Shown one piece after another: positions 43,355-54,310 of a DNA stretch of 64,000 nt. The notes beneath the pieces were generated by a model. It made no database searches. It was not told where the DNA came from and was given only the letters and a program-made list of their open reading frames with translations. The stretch's first letter is position 1. Each line of letters begins with the position of its first letter. The stretch lies in NCBI GenBank assembly GCA_963701095.1, contig OY969564.1, forward strand, positions 1,472,001 through 1,536,000, in the 5' to 3' direction. The DNA comes from an uncultured Methanoregulaceae archaeon. Lineage in GTDB: Archaea > Halobacteriota > Methanomicrobia > Methanomicrobiales > Methanospirillaceae. A program made the position numbers and the translations under genes.

Positions 43355-43570
43355 TTATGCGTTTTTCATCTTGGCTTTTGCGACGAATCCGTCTTTGCCA
43401 ATGTAATACATGAAGCCTTTTTCCTTGGCAATCTTTTCAGTACCGACTTTCTTCTTCTTGCCGGTTTTGTTGTGCTTCATCGGGGCTGCCCATACGTAGC
43501 CGTCTTTCCCGATGAAATACAGGAATCCCTTTTCACGCTGAATTTTTTCTTTTCCAATTTTCTGTCCCAT
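43355..43570 (-). CDS. Small Lys-rich protein with two internal repeats
   Basis: 71 aa, 18 Lys; KIGKEKIQREKGFLYFIGKDGYV vs KVGTEKIAKEKGFMYYIGKDGFV; GAGGTG SD. Confidence 0.88.
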   Translation of the reverse strand: MGQKIGKEKIQREKGFLYFIGKDGYVWAAPMKHNKTGKKKKVGTEKIAKEKGFMYYIGKDGFVAKAKMKNA

Positions 43571-44023
43571 TTAAACACCTCAAAACCACATTTGGGTTTT
43601 GATAATGAAAGTTACCGCCTGATAATATAAAAGGTTTCCGTCGAAAGCACGTCGAAACATGAAATTTGGCCATAATTTTACTGGTATTTTCGATATTGTG
43701 GCGCACTATTAACCCCGATTTGAAAAGCCATATTATAGCCCTGTTTTCAAAAATACGCCACTTTAAAGGCGCAATACGGATTATCCCATCGAAAATGCTC
43801 CAGCATGAAACGATGCTTAAGCGCAGTACCCTGCCACTCCTGCGGCATTCCTAAATTTAACATATTGTTAAAAAGACGGACTGATGTTGGAAGGGTAGTG
43901 AAAATTCATAAACAACGAAAGCAGAAATGCCTTGAAAAGCAGTTTTCTATCGTGGATGTAGATTTCAGACAGAAACACGCAATTTTATGGATTGCCGATT
44001 ACCATAATAAAAGGAGTCTGCCC

Positions 44024-45145
44024 ATGTATTTCCATCTCATCCTCACTGATGACTGTAACCTCTGCTGTCTCTACTGCCGGGCAAAAGCATTCGAGGATGA
44101 AACATCACCGGAAAATGTGGAAATTGAGGTCGATACCAACCTTTCGCCGGACCTAACTTACGATCTCAAGCTGCTTTACCGTTTCCTTAGCCGGGATCCT
44201 GCACCCACCCTTACATTTTATGGCGGCGAGCCGCTCCTCAGGCGCGGCTTGGTCGAAAAAATTGTTACCGAGGCACCAGTACAACGGTTCATGATACAGA
44301 CAAACGGTGTCCTACTTGATAGACTCGATAAGGAGATTACCAATCAAATCTCGACGATCCTTGTCTCTATTGACGGGCGCGAAGCCCTCACTGACGAAAA
44401 TCGGGGAACCGGTGTTTTTAAGCAAGTGATGAAGAACGTGAAAAAAATCCGGTCAAACGGTTATCGTGGCGAATTAATCGCCCGGATGACTGTAACTGAA
44501 CGTACTGAAATTTTCGATGAGGTCTGGTATCTCGCAGAAAACCCGGAATTTCCTTTTTCTTCTATTCACTGGCAGATGGATGCAAACTTCTCATGGGATC
44601 TTTCACGCCGCCAGTTTGCAGAATGGGTAGATCAGAAATATAACCCCGGCATTCGTGCTCTTGTCAAATCCTGGGTCGATGATATGGAACAGTACGGTCG
44701 TGTCAGGTGCTGGTATCCCTTCATTGATCCAATGGAAGATCTCCTGTACGGAAAAGAGAGCCTCCTTCGGTGCGGAGCAGGACACGCAAATTATACGATT
44801 ATGGCCGACGGCAACATTGCACCCTGCCCGATTATGATCGGGATGAAAACCTATTATGTCGGTCATATCGAGAATGCAGATCCCAATAACCTGCCCCGAA
44901 TACCAATAGAAGGTGAATGCACCACATGTGGCATTCGTACGTTCTGTGGTGGGCGTTGCCTTTATTCTACTATTATACATCCCTGGAACCAAGAGGGCCG
45001 TCAGCTGGTGTGTAGTACCGTGGAAAATCTGCGTCAGGCACTTGCGGAAGAATTTCCGCGAGTGCGGTCTCTTGTTGAATCAGGTCGCATTAAAATGTCA
45101 GATTTCGTCCATGAAAAGTATAACGGGTGCGAAATAATTCCATGA
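44024..45145 (+). CDS. Radical SAM/SPASM protein (AF0577 / TIGR04084-like)
   Basis: CNLCCLYC, FYGGEPL, SIDG; SPASM CGAG..G.I.PC..CTTC.IRTFCGGRC; ends GCEIIP. Confidence 0.85.
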   Translation: MYFHLILTDDCNLCCLYCRAKAFEDETSPENVEIEVDTNLSPDLTYDLKLLYRFLSRDPAPTLTFYGGEPLLRRGLVEKIVTEAPVQRFMIQTNGVLLDRLDKEITNQISTILVSIDGREALTDENRGTGVFKQVMKNVKKIRSNGYRGELIARMTVTERTEIFDEVWYLAENPEFPFSSIHWQMDANFSWDLSRRQFAEWVDQKYNPGIRALVKSWVDDMEQYGRVRCWYPFIDPMEDLLYGKESLLRCGAGHANYTIMADGNIAPCPIMIGMKTYYVGHIENADPNNLPRIPIEGECTTCGIRTFCGGRCLYSTIIHPWNQEGRQLVCSTVENLRQALAEEFPRVRSLVESGRIKMSDFVHEKYNGCEIIP

Positions 45146-45231
45146 AATGGCAAAAACCTTGTCTGATGCAGATGTATTTATACTCAGTGAAACGATGAAT
45201 ATGTGCAGATATAAACTGCATGAGTAATACA

Positions 45232-45399
45232 ATGGAAAGAAAAGGATTTGGCGGCCCGAGAAATTTCGGTCCCAGAGAAATGACAAAGACGGTCTGTTCA
45301 GACTGTGGAAAAGAGTGCGAAGTTCCCTTCAAGCCAACTGAAGGTAGGCCGGTTTACTGCAGGGACTGCCTGCCTAAACACCGGAAACCCCGGTTCTAA
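45232..45399 (+). CDS. CxxC-x17-CxxC zinc-finger protein (55 aa, not in ORF track)
   Basis: MERKGFGGPRNFGPREMTKTVCSDCGKECEVPFKPTEGRPVYCRDCLPKHRKPRF. Confidence 0.92.
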   Translation: MERKGFGGPRNFGPREMTKTVCSDCGKECEVPFKPTEGRPVYCRDCLPKHRKPRF

Positions 45400-45489
45400 T
45401 TGCAAAAATTTATTCTTTTTTTAGGTTTTCCATCGTTCTTTGTGCCTCGACAGGCCGGTATATTACCTGATCCTGCAATAGCTGCAATC

Positions 45490-45723
45490 ATGGCTTGTTC
45501 ATGGTCTGAAGCATTGGCATTAGCCAGGGAAAAAAATCTTCCGCAGGTCTATCATGACTGCGATACTGATATTTATGGTGCCTGCCACGAGGGCGAACCG
45601 CAGGGAAGTTTCAGGAATGGTATTTTTTCAGAGCATCGGTGCATCTGTATGCCAGTGAGCCTATCTCCTGAAGAACTTGCGAAAAAAGAAAAGAAATTCC
45701 GGACAGAAAATCCCGAATGGTGA
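45490..45723 (+). CDS. Small Cys/His-containing hypothetical protein (77 aa)
   Basis: MACSWSEAL...YHDCD..YGAC...EHRCICMP. Confidence 0.65.
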   Translation: MACSWSEALALAREKNLPQVYHDCDTDIYGACHEGEPQGSFRNGIFSEHRCICMPVSLSPEELAKKEKKFRTENPEW

Positions 45724-45790
45724 AATGACAGCCTGATAGTAAAATTTCCAAAACGGTCTGTGACTATTTTATTATCGTATATCGCATGAT

Positions 45791-46385
45791 TTACCGTCGC
45801 CGGATCTCTTCCCGGAACCGGTGAATTATTTCATATAGCATCATTCGTAATTCTGCACTTACATCTTCCCAGGATTTCGGGGATAATGATTGCACAAAAG
45901 AAGTGGAATCACCAGCGTGAACTACAGTTTCAGATTCATCACGTATTCTGGCTTTTGCCCAAAGATCGCATATGATCTCATAGTAGCCAGCTGAGTAGTA
46001 CGATAATGAAGACTATCGGCACAATAACAAAGGAAAGCAGCCAGAAGTAATGGTAAATATTGTTACCGGTAGCTGTGTCAACCCACTCAAAAACCCGGAG
46101 AACAAACGCAATGACAAAAACACTACCTATCGCTTTAATAATCGGGGCGGGCAGGTTTAGCGGGAAGGGAAACGCACCGAAAATATCGCCGACGAAGATA
46201 ATTACACCGATAAGGATTAACAGCCAGAAATTCAGGTTTAGAAAATCCACACCGGCGTGGTAAAGTGGATTTCCCACATAAAAAGTAAGGATATTTGCCA
46301 GAACGACGATGATCAGGAAACAAATGATTCCAATCATCCGTGAAACAAAAATCCACCCGAGCGAGTGCTGTTTGTGCGGCCACAT
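45791..46385 (-). CDS. Hypothetical membrane protein; +1 insertion near 45993
   Basis: About 4 TM helices; corrected frame continues LAGYYEII...KSWEDVSAELRMMLYEIIHRFREEIRRR*. Confidence 0.75.
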
Positions 46386-46499
46386 GGATACTCACATAAG
46401 CGTGTATTTCATACTATTTGTCGGCGAGGTATATAGTCCTCATCCACTACGTTTGCAGGCTACACAATCCCTTTAATAATCCAATCTAAAGATACCTGC

Positions 46500-46871
46500 A
46501 TGCGGATAAATTTCAAACGGTATGCACTTTACCTGCTCCGGTGGCAAGCGAGTACACCGATCCTTGCAGGTGTCGGCATCCTTCTTGCAGAAATGGGGTA
46601 TCTGATTGCTGCTGTCATAGCTAACCTCATTGGCGGCCTTATTTTCTTCTGGGTGGATCAGTTTATCTTTACGTCACAGACGCTAGCAGCACAGTGGGAT
46701 GTAAAAGAGAACATTACCTGTGTAGACTGCGGCAGGGTTGCACGGGGATATAGGCTTGTTCGATCAGGAGATTATGATAAAACGAACGATGTCGTACCAG
46801 AATTCCGGTGTGAGGAATGCTCTAAAAAGAAGGCGGAAGAACTCCGAAACAGGGGAATAAAAACAGAATGA
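46500..46871 (+). CDS. Hypothetical protein: two TM helices plus C-terminal Zn ribbon
   Basis: YLLRWQASTP..ANLIGGLIFFWVD; CVDCG...CEEC. Confidence 0.75.
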   Translation: MRINFKRYALYLLRWQASTPILAGVGILLAEMGYLIAAVIANLIGGLIFFWVDQFIFTSQTLAAQWDVKENITCVDCGRVARGYRLVRSGDYDKTNDVVPEFRCEECSKKKAEELRNRGIKTE

Positions 46872-47063
46872 TTTTTTAGGTTTTAAGGCTTGCATAATTC
46901 GAAGATTCGGGTGAAGAAATTTATTTATTTATTTTGCTTCTTTTTCGCGGGTAACCCCCAGTTAATATAAACCTATTTTCAGGCACATTCGGTCCTTAAA
47001 AAATCCGTTTTTATACATCGATGAGGTTATTCTGCTTTAACACCCCACATAAAATAACAATAA

Positions 47064-47079
47064 TGTATAAATATGTACA
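47064..47079 (+). promoter_or_regulatory. TRP-box-like pair overlapping the trp operon TATA box
   Basis: TGTATA-aata-TGTACA, containing TATAAATA. Confidence 0.55.
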
Positions 47080-47155
47080 ACAACAACCAAAACTAAGCAT
47101 TGAAGCCGATAAATGTGGCTTCCTCAGGATCTTTAAAAAGCCGGATAATGTGAAA

Positions 47156-48747
47156 ATGCAGGCCAGAATACACTACCCTTACCTTCGTCATGGTGGAAAT
47201 CTGGTAGCTTATAATGAAACAAACAAGGAGCATGATATCATTCAGACCACACTTAACCTGGGACCAGATGAATACCTCACTGCCGTAACAAATCAGCCAA
47301 AACCGTTAGTGATCCCTCTCTGCGCCGAACTCCCTCTTCCGCACTGTTCACCGCTTGATGTGTTTTTAAAGACGCAGACAGGATCCGGGTTCCTTCTTGA
47401 ATCTATGGAAGGAAGCGAAAAGATCGCTCGATACTCATATGTAGGAATTGATCCCGCCTGCGTCATCACCCTTGGTAAGGAAATATCTGTTACCGGTAGC
47501 GATGCATTTGTTGCCATTGCCCGTGAGCCAGAGGGAACCAACCCGGTTGACAGGATCCGGTCTATTTTGTCCCGGTTTCATTATATTAATCTCAAAGCCC
47601 CAAGGTTTTTCGGCGGAATGGTGGGGTACTTTTCTTACGATATTGTACATACACTTTTTGACAAGGTGCCGGAACACAGGAGCAGGCCATCTCAGGAAAC
47701 TCCCGATGCCAGGTTCATGCTGACCAAAGACTGCATCGTTTTCGACCACTGTGATCGCAGGCTTTTTGTTTTCTCGAGCCCGTTCCTGACTTATGACACG
47801 GATCCGATGGCGGAATACCGGCGGTGCGCCGCACACATTGCTGAATTATCAGACCAAATCACGTCTATTGCCGACCTTCCTGCAAAGATAGTTAATAGCC
47901 AATCAAAAAATTCTCCGCATGTAGCTGACAATACCGGCCGTGAAGCATTCACAAATGCAGTAAATGAGATTAAAGATCACATTGTTGCGGGAGATATATT
48001 TCAGGCAGTACTTTCACGGCGAATGGAATGTGCAGTCGGGTCAGATCCGTTCCCGATCTATACTGCGTTGCGGGCAATCAACCCGAGCCCTTATATGTAC
48101 TACCTTGATTTCGGAGACGAACAGGTAATCGGAGCAAGCCCTGAAATGCTTGTGCGGGTGGAGAGACGCAGGGTAACAACTGTACCTATCGCCGGCACCC
48201 GGCCCAGAGGCGTTGACAGGAACGAGGATGAAAAATTTGCCCGGGAACTGCTGCTTGACAGGAAGGAACGGGCTGAACATACGATGCTTGTTGATCTTGC
48301 ACGAAACGATGTAGGTAGGGTGTGCAAGTTCGGGTCTGTCGATGTTACTGAGTTTATGGGCGTAGAGAAGTTTTCCCACGTCCAGCACATGGTCTCGACG
48401 GTCCAAGGAATGCTTATGGACCATCTTGACTGTTATGATGCATTTAAATCCTGCTTCCCGGCCGGGACTGTTTCCGGTGCCCGAAGATCCGCGCTATGCA
48501 GATAATCAGCGAGACTGAACCGGATACCCGTGGTCTCTATGCAGGTGCCGTGGGTTATATCGGCTTTGACCGGAACCTCGAATTTGCCATAGCGATCAGG
48601 ACAGTAAGCGTGAAAAATGGAAGGGCGTATATCCAGACTGGCGCCGGGATCGTTGCTGACTCGGTCCCGGAAAACGAGTGGATCGAAACCGAAAACAAGG
48701 CAGCTGCGATGTTACGGGCAATAGATCTGGCCGGTGTCGAGCCATGA
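47156..48747 (+). CDS. trpE: Anthranilate synthase component I; 1-nt deletion near 48480; start uncertain
   Basis: FLLES, ARYS, NPSPYM, PIAGTRPRG, EHTMLVDLARND; FPAGTVSGA(P)KIRAM restored by adding one C. Confidence 0.93.
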
Positions 48748-49337
48748 GTGCTCCCACGGTCCTTATCGTTGACTGTTACGACAGTTTCACGTTCAACCTG
48801 TATCAGCAGGTAGGAAAACTTGGTGCCCGCCCTGTAGTAGTTACCTGTGACACGAAACTTTCGCAGCTTAAAAAAATCAGCGTAGATCGGATAATCCTCT
48901 CGCCGGGCCCTGGAGCACCTGAAGATTCCGGAGTCTGTATTGAGGTTATTGATACTTTGAGTAAAACGATCCCGACGCTCGGTGTTTGTCTTGGCCACCA
49001 GGCCATTTGTACGGCGTTTGGCGGCCGTGTAACCCGGTCAGGACACCTTATGCACGGCTTGACTTCGATGATTAAAAGTGATGGGAAGGGGGTTTATAAA
49101 GGATTACCTGTCCCATTTACAGCAACACGGTACCACTCTCTTGTTGCCCAAAGGGAGACCCTGCCTCCTGAACTTGAAGTTGTTTCAGAAAGCCTCGACG
49201 ATGGGTTTGTGATGGGTGTAAGACATACAAAATACCCTATCGAGGGCGTGCAATTCCACCCGGAGAGCATCCTGTCGCATGATGGTGACGCACTTATGAA
49301 AAATTTCCTGTTTGGACCTCGGAGTGATCCCACATGA
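48744..49337 (+). CDS. trpG: Anthranilate synthase component II
   Basis: DSFTFNL, SPGPG, GVCLGHQ, RYHSL, QFHPES. Confidence 0.96.
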   Translation: MSAPTVLIVDCYDSFTFNLYQQVGKLGARPVVVTCDTKLSQLKKISVDRIILSPGPGAPEDSGVCIEVIDTLSKTIPTLGVCLGHQAICTAFGGRVTRSGHLMHGLTSMIKSDGKGVYKGLPVPFTATRYHSLVAQRETLPPELEVVSESLDDGFVMGVRHTKYPIEGVQFHPESILSHDGDALMKNFLFGPRSDPT

Positions 49338-50353
49338 CTATGAGGGAAGCCATTGAAATCGTCGTGGATGGAAAGGACCTGACACCTGAAAAAGCGGCCG
49401 AAGTTATGGATGAAATCATGGGGGGACGTGCAACGCCGGCCCAGATTGGCGGGTTTCTGACAGCACTCCGTATAAAAGGCGAAACGCCGGATGAAATCGC
49501 TGCGTTTGCCCGTGTGATGCGAAACCATGCAATCAGCATAAACCCGCAGGTTCCAGGAACCCTAGTAGATACCTGCGGAACGGGAGGCGACAGATCGCAG
49601 ACATTTAACATTAGTACCGCAGCCGCTTTTGTTGCAGCCGGAGCTGGTGTCTTTGTCGTCAAACATGGCAACCGGGGTGTAAGTAGCCGCTGCGGATCAG
49701 CTGACGTTTTGTCTGCCCTTGATGTAAACATCGGTATAGATCCGTGCCGGCAGGCAGAAATTATTAAGAATATCGGTATTGCTTTCCTTTTTGCACCTAA
49801 CTACCACCCGGCCATGAAGCATGTTATGGCAGCGCGTCACGATCTTGGCTGCCGGACCGTCTTTAATATCCTTGGCCCGCTTGCAAATCCGGCTGGTGCA
49901 AAAGCGCAGCTGCTTGGAGTTTACACCAGTACTATTACCTCGACCGTCGCCGAGGTTTTACACATTCTGGGAATATCCCGGGCTATGGTTGTTCACGGCA
50001 ATGGGCTTGATGAGATAACCGTCACTGGAGAGACCGATGTAACGGAACTTGGTGGCGGTCGGATCACAAAATATGTCATTACCCCGGAAATGTTTGGTCT
50101 TCCCCGGTCATGTCCCAATGATCTTCTCGGCGGCAATCCTGATGAAAATGCAAATATTATCCGGGATATTCTTACCGGGAAAAAAGGCCCAACCCGCGAT
50201 ATCGTTCTAATGAATGCCGGAGCTGCAATCTATGTAAGTGGCAGTGCCACAACACTTACGGAAGGAATCCGTTGTGCAGCTGCATCAATTGACTCGGGGC
50301 GAGCGCAGAAAAAACTGGACGCACTTATCGGTGCGACACGAGGTGCATCATGA
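49334..50353 (+). CDS. trpD: Anthranilate phosphoribosyltransferase
   Basis: [22 protein letters not shown]. Confidence 0.97.
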   Translation: MTMREAIEIVVDGKDLTPEKAAEVMDEIMGGRATPAQIGGFLTALRIKGETPDEIAAFARVMRNHAISINPQVPGTLVDTCGTGGDRSQTFNISTAAAFVAAGAGVFVVKHGNRGVSSRCGSADVLSALDVNIGIDPCRQAEIIKNIGIAFLFAPNYHPAMKHVMAARHDLGCRTVFNILGPLANPAGAKAQLLGVYTSTITSTVAEVLHILGISRAMVVHGNGLDEITVTGETDVTELGGGRITKYVITPEMFGLPRSCPNDLLGGNPDENANIIRDILTGKKGPTRDIVLMNAGAAIYVSGSATTLTEGIRCAAASIDSGRAQKKLDALIGATRGAS

Positions 50354-51105
50354 TTCTTGATGACATTATTAGTCGTACTAAAAAGAGGGTTGACAAGTTA
50401 CCTGACACGTTCCCGAAGTTGGATGGATTCTGCCACGCAAGCCTTGAAGCGGCCATCCGTTCTGCAGGACAAAAGAACCCGGTAATCGCCGAAATCAAAT
50501 GTACCTCCCCCTCAAGCGGGATCATCCGAAGAAACGTCGACATTTCGATGATGGCCGGGGTCCTCTCGGATGGCGGCTGTGTCGCGATCTCTGTTCTTAC
50601 AGAGCCCTTCTTTTTTGGCGGGGTAGGAGCCGATATTGCCCGTGTCAAAAAAGCGGTTCGGGTGCCCGTCCTGCGCAAGGATTTTGTGATCGATGTGCGC
50701 CAAATCCATGAATCAAGGGCGCTCGGTGCTGACGCAGTGCTTCTCATTGCCGCAGTCCTCAAAGACCGGGTTGCTGATTTTGTCGACACCGCGTATGCTG
50801 CCGGTATCGAACCGCTAGTCGAGGTCCACACAGCAGAAGAAGTCGATTACGCCCTTGCCACGAAAGCACAGTTAATAGGAATCAATAACCGGGACTTGTC
50901 GACCATGACCATAAACCGATCAACAACACGAAATCTTACAGAGAGGGTAAGGGAAACTGGCCGTTTAATCGTGTCGGAGAGCGGGATACGATCCGCAGAT
51001 GATGTCCGGGAAATGAGGCCGTACTGCGACGCATTTTTAATCGGCTCATCGATTATGGCTCATGCGGAGCCGGGGAAAAAACTGGAGGAACTCGTATGCG
51101 CGTAA
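50350..51105 (+). CDS. trpC: Indole-3-glycerol phosphate synthase
   Basis: [31 protein letters not shown]. Confidence 0.97.
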   Translation: MILDDIISRTKKRVDKLPDTFPKLDGFCHASLEAAIRSAGQKNPVIAEIKCTSPSSGIIRRNVDISMMAGVLSDGGCVAISVLTEPFFFGGVGADIARVKKAVRVPVLRKDFVIDVRQIHESRALGADAVLLIAAVLKDRVADFVDTAYAAGIEPLVEVHTAEEVDYALATKAQLIGINNRDLSTMTINRSTTRNLTERVRETGRLIVSESGIRSADDVREMRPYCDAFLIGSSIMAHAEPGKKLEELVCA

Positions 51106-51674
51106 AGATTTGCGGGATCACCGGATTAGAAGACGCACGGTTCGCAGAAAAAGCCGGAGCTGACGCTATCGGCGTGGTTGTTTTTTCCGGGGGTATTTCA
51201 TGCCGGGATGTTCCTCCAGAAAGGGCACGGAAAATCTTTCACGCGATCGGGCCATTTACAGCGACTATTGCAGTAAGCCATACTAAATCCAAAACAGACC
51301 TTGCACAAATGATTGCCCTTCACCCAACTGCTATCCAAATCTCGTACCCGTTTAAATTCGATGAAAATCCCGGCGTGCGGGTGATCCGTGTAATAGGTAG
51401 TGGTGATCAACTCCCGGACGATTGTGACGCTGTGATTGTCGATAACAGCCATGGAAGAGGAAAAGGATATGATCGTTCATATGCCCGCGATGTGGTTAAA
51501 CATTCAACAATCCCTGTTATCCTGGCGGGAGGTCTCACTCCGGAAAATGTAGGGAATGCAATCCGGGACATCCGGCCTTATGCGGTCGATGTCGCGAGCG
51601 GCGTTGAAGAGAGACCAGGAATAAAAGACCATAATAAAATAGAGGCGTTCATCGCCGCTGCTCGGGAGGAGTAG
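51096..51674 (+). CDS. trpF: Phosphoribosylanthranilate isomerase
   Basis: [30 protein letters not shown]. Confidence 0.96.
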   Translation: MRVKICGITGLEDARFAEKAGADAIGVVVFSGGISCRDVPPERARKIFHAIGPFTATIAVSHTKSKTDLAQMIALHPTAIQISYPFKFDENPGVRVIRVIGSGDQLPDDCDAVIVDNSHGRGKGYDRSYARDVVKHSTIPVILAGGLTPENVGNAIRDIRPYAVDVASGVEERPGIKDHNKIEAFIAAAREE

Positions 51675-51675
51675 A

Positions 51676-52842
51676 ATGGAGGGAAAAGGACGATTTGGAA
51701 AGTACGGCGGGCAATATGTACCGGAAACGCTCATGAACGCTCTTATTGAACTTGAGGTAGCTTATACGGATGCCACTCAGGATCCTGCGTTTGATAATGA
51801 GCTTGCTGCGTACCAGTCAGAATATGCGGGACGCCCGACACCGCTCACCTTCTGTGGGAACATGTCCCGGGATCTTGGATTTAAGGTCTACCTGAAACGC
51901 GAAGATCTCGTTCATGGTGGATCGCACAAACTCAATAATACGCTTGGGCAGGCGTTGCTTGCAAAACGCATGGGTAAAAAAAGGCTGATTGCAGAGACCG
52001 GCGCCGGACAGCACGGCGTCGCAACAGCAATTGCCGGGGCTTTTCTGGGGTTTAAGGTCGAAGTGTTTATGGGCGAAATCGACACGAAACGTCAGGCCCT
52101 GAACGTTTTCCGTATGGAACTCATGGGCGCAACGGTCCACCCGGTAACTTCCGGGACACGGACACTCAAAGACGCCACAAATGAGGCTCTGCGCAACTGG
52201 GTGGCTAATGTAAATGATACGCATTACCTTATCGGATCTGTAGTAGGCCCTCACCCATTCCCGACCATTGTGCGGGATTTTCAGTCAGTGATTGGTTGCG
52301 AAGCGCGCAAACAGATTCTGCAAAAAGAGGGACAGATACCAGATGCTATAGTTGCCTGCGTTGGTGGGGGTTCAAACGCGATCGGGATATTCCACCCGTT
52401 CCTTGCTGACGAGGTAGAATTACTTGGTATAGAAGCGGCCGGGAAAGGTCTCGAGACACCGGAGCATTCGGCGACGCTTTGTTCCGGAGATCCGGGTGTC
52501 CTGCATGGTACCCTTTCCTACCTGTTGCAGGATAAAGACGGCCAAGTGCTTCCCACGCACAGTATTGCAGCAGGCCTTGATTACCCGGGCGTGGGCCCCG
52601 AACACGCGATGCTGAAAGACTCACACCGGGTTTCTTATTATGCGGTCAGGGACACGGAGGTTCTGGAAGCATTCCAATACCTGTCGCGAACCGAGGGTAT
52701 TATACCGGCACTTGAATCCTCCCACGCGGTAGCCTATGTTCTTAAAAACGCTCACCGGTTTGACAAGGGCGACGTAGTGATCATCAATCTTTCGGGGAGA
52801 GGAGACAAGGATGTTGCGAGAATGGAACCGGAGGTGGCCTGA
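51676..52842 (+). CDS. trpB: Tryptophan synthase beta chain
   Basis: [43 protein letters not shown]. Confidence 0.98.
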   Translation: MEGKGRFGKYGGQYVPETLMNALIELEVAYTDATQDPAFDNELAAYQSEYAGRPTPLTFCGNMSRDLGFKVYLKREDLVHGGSHKLNNTLGQALLAKRMGKKRLIAETGAGQHGVATAIAGAFLGFKVEVFMGEIDTKRQALNVFRMELMGATVHPVTSGTRTLKDATNEALRNWVANVNDTHYLIGSVVGPHPFPTIVRDFQSVIGCEARKQILQKEGQIPDAIVACVGGGSNAIGIFHPFLADEVELLGIEAAGKGLETPEHSATLCSGDPGVLHGTLSYLLQDKDGQVLPTHSIAAGLDYPGVGPEHAMLKDSHRVSYYAVRDTEVLEAFQYLSRTEGIIPALESSHAVAYVLKNAHRFDKGDVVIINLSGRGDKDVARMEPEVA

Positions 52843-53645
52843 TGGGACGCATTGACGAGGTATTCCGGAAAAAGGGGACGACAGCCTTTATTGGTTTTAC
52901 TGTCGCCGGTGACCCGGATAAGGAAACTTCGATCCGGATCGCAAAGTCGCTGATCGACAGCGGCACCGATATTCTCGAACTTGGTGTACCTTTTTCCGAT
53001 CCGGTCGCCGACGGCCCAACTATCCAACGCGCAGATGACCGGGCTCTTGCCGCCGGGACTACGCCGGATACCATATTCGCTATAGTCCAGGAGATCCGGG
53101 CATATTCTCCCGTTCCGATCGTCTTCCTTACATACTATAATACGATTTATCGCCGTGGGATCGATAGGTTTTACTGCCAGGCGCATGAGGCTGGAGTTGA
53201 CGGTATTCTTGTAGCGGATATGCCGGTAGAAGAATCCGCTGAAGTTGTAGCCGTAGCTTCAAAATACGGAATAGATCCCATCTTTCTCATTGCCCAGACA
53301 ACCTCCGATGACCGTATGGACCGTATTGTGAGCCAGGCAAAAGGATACCTCTACCTGGTCTCGGTGCTCGGTGTTACCGGTGTTCGAAAAACCATAGCAC
53401 CCGAAGCCCTGACACTCCTCCACCGGGTCAGGAAACATACCGATCTCCCCCTTGCCCTTGGTTTTGGGATTTCAACTCCCGAACACCTGATGACCTGTGA
53501 AATGGCCGGTGCCGATGGCGTAATTGTTGGGAGTGCAATCGTTGACCTTGTAGAGAGGCATCTTGATGATCACGATGCGATGGAACATGCCCTTAAGCAG
53601 TATGTCTTCCATATGAAAGATGCTGTAGGAAAATCCATTCCCTGA
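52842..53645 (+). CDS. trpA: Tryptophan synthase alpha chain
   Basis: ELGVPFSDPVADGPTIQ, GVTG, GFGIS, IVGSA. Confidence 0.98.
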   Translation: MGRIDEVFRKKGTTAFIGFTVAGDPDKETSIRIAKSLIDSGTDILELGVPFSDPVADGPTIQRADDRALAAGTTPDTIFAIVQEIRAYSPVPIVFLTYYNTIYRRGIDRFYCQAHEAGVDGILVADMPVEESAEVVAVASKYGIDPIFLIAQTTSDDRMDRIVSQAKGYLYLVSVLGVTGVRKTIAPEALTLLHRVRKHTDLPLALGFGISTPEHLMTCEMAGADGVIVGSAIVDLVERHLDDHDAMEHALKQYVFHMKDAVGKSIP

Positions 53646-53698
53646 TTCAATTCGATCTTTTTTAATGCATTCAGGTAAAACGATAACCGATCTCGATT

Positions 53699-54208
53699 AT
53701 GAAATCCGGATTTATTGTAATTCTTGTTTTGGGACTCTGTGTTGTAGCCGGTATAGTTATTGCCGGTTGTACCCAGCCGTCTTCAATTGCACCGACACCA
53801 ACAACCACGGCGGCAACACCAACAACTTTAGCCGGCATGGCAAACCCGGCCTCAGTCCATTGCGGTAATATCGGGGGTACTACCCTGATCATGACAAATC
53901 CTGACGGCTCCCAGTACGGCATGTGCACATTCTCGAATGGAACCTCATGCGAGGAATGGGCTCTCTTCCGTGGCGAAGGCTGCCAGCCAGGTTTGTCACC
54001 AAATCAGACCGGCAACAGCTCAGCTGCAGGCCAGGCAGGAATGGCAAATCCGGCGTCGGTCAACTGTATCAATGTCGGCGGAACTCTTGAAATTAAAAAC
54101 AGTCCTGCTGGACAATATGGCATGTGCAATTTCGCGAACGGAACATCCTGCGAAGAATGGGCACTCTTCCGCGGCGAAGGCTGCAAAGCTGCAAATGTTT
54201 CAGCCTAA
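53699..54208 (+). CDS. Lipoprotein with two DUF333 repeats
   Basis: Lipobox IAGC; two MANPASVxC..GG....GMC.F.NGTSCEEWALFRGEGC units. Confidence 0.9.
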   Translation: MKSGFIVILVLGLCVVAGIVIAGCTQPSSIAPTPTTTAATPTTLAGMANPASVHCGNIGGTTLIMTNPDGSQYGMCTFSNGTSCEEWALFRGEGCQPGLSPNQTGNSSAAGQAGMANPASVNCINVGGTLEIKNSPAGQYGMCNFANGTSCEEWALFRGEGCKAANVSA

Positions 54209-54310
54209 CATTTTTTACCAATTCGATGCCCGTGAGGCACTCTTGAGAAAGTAAGCCTCCTTAGGTCAGGACGATAAATTATACCCGTTAAGCCGGCAAA
54301 CAACATCATC

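Noticed and set aside
43355..43570. Crenarchaeal chromatin protein CC1 or Cren7
   Set aside because: Only the size and basic composition are shared; the sequence pattern does not match as I recall those families.
42879..46900. Integrated element at tRNA-Val
   Set aside because: No integrase and no duplicated tRNA 3' end seen.
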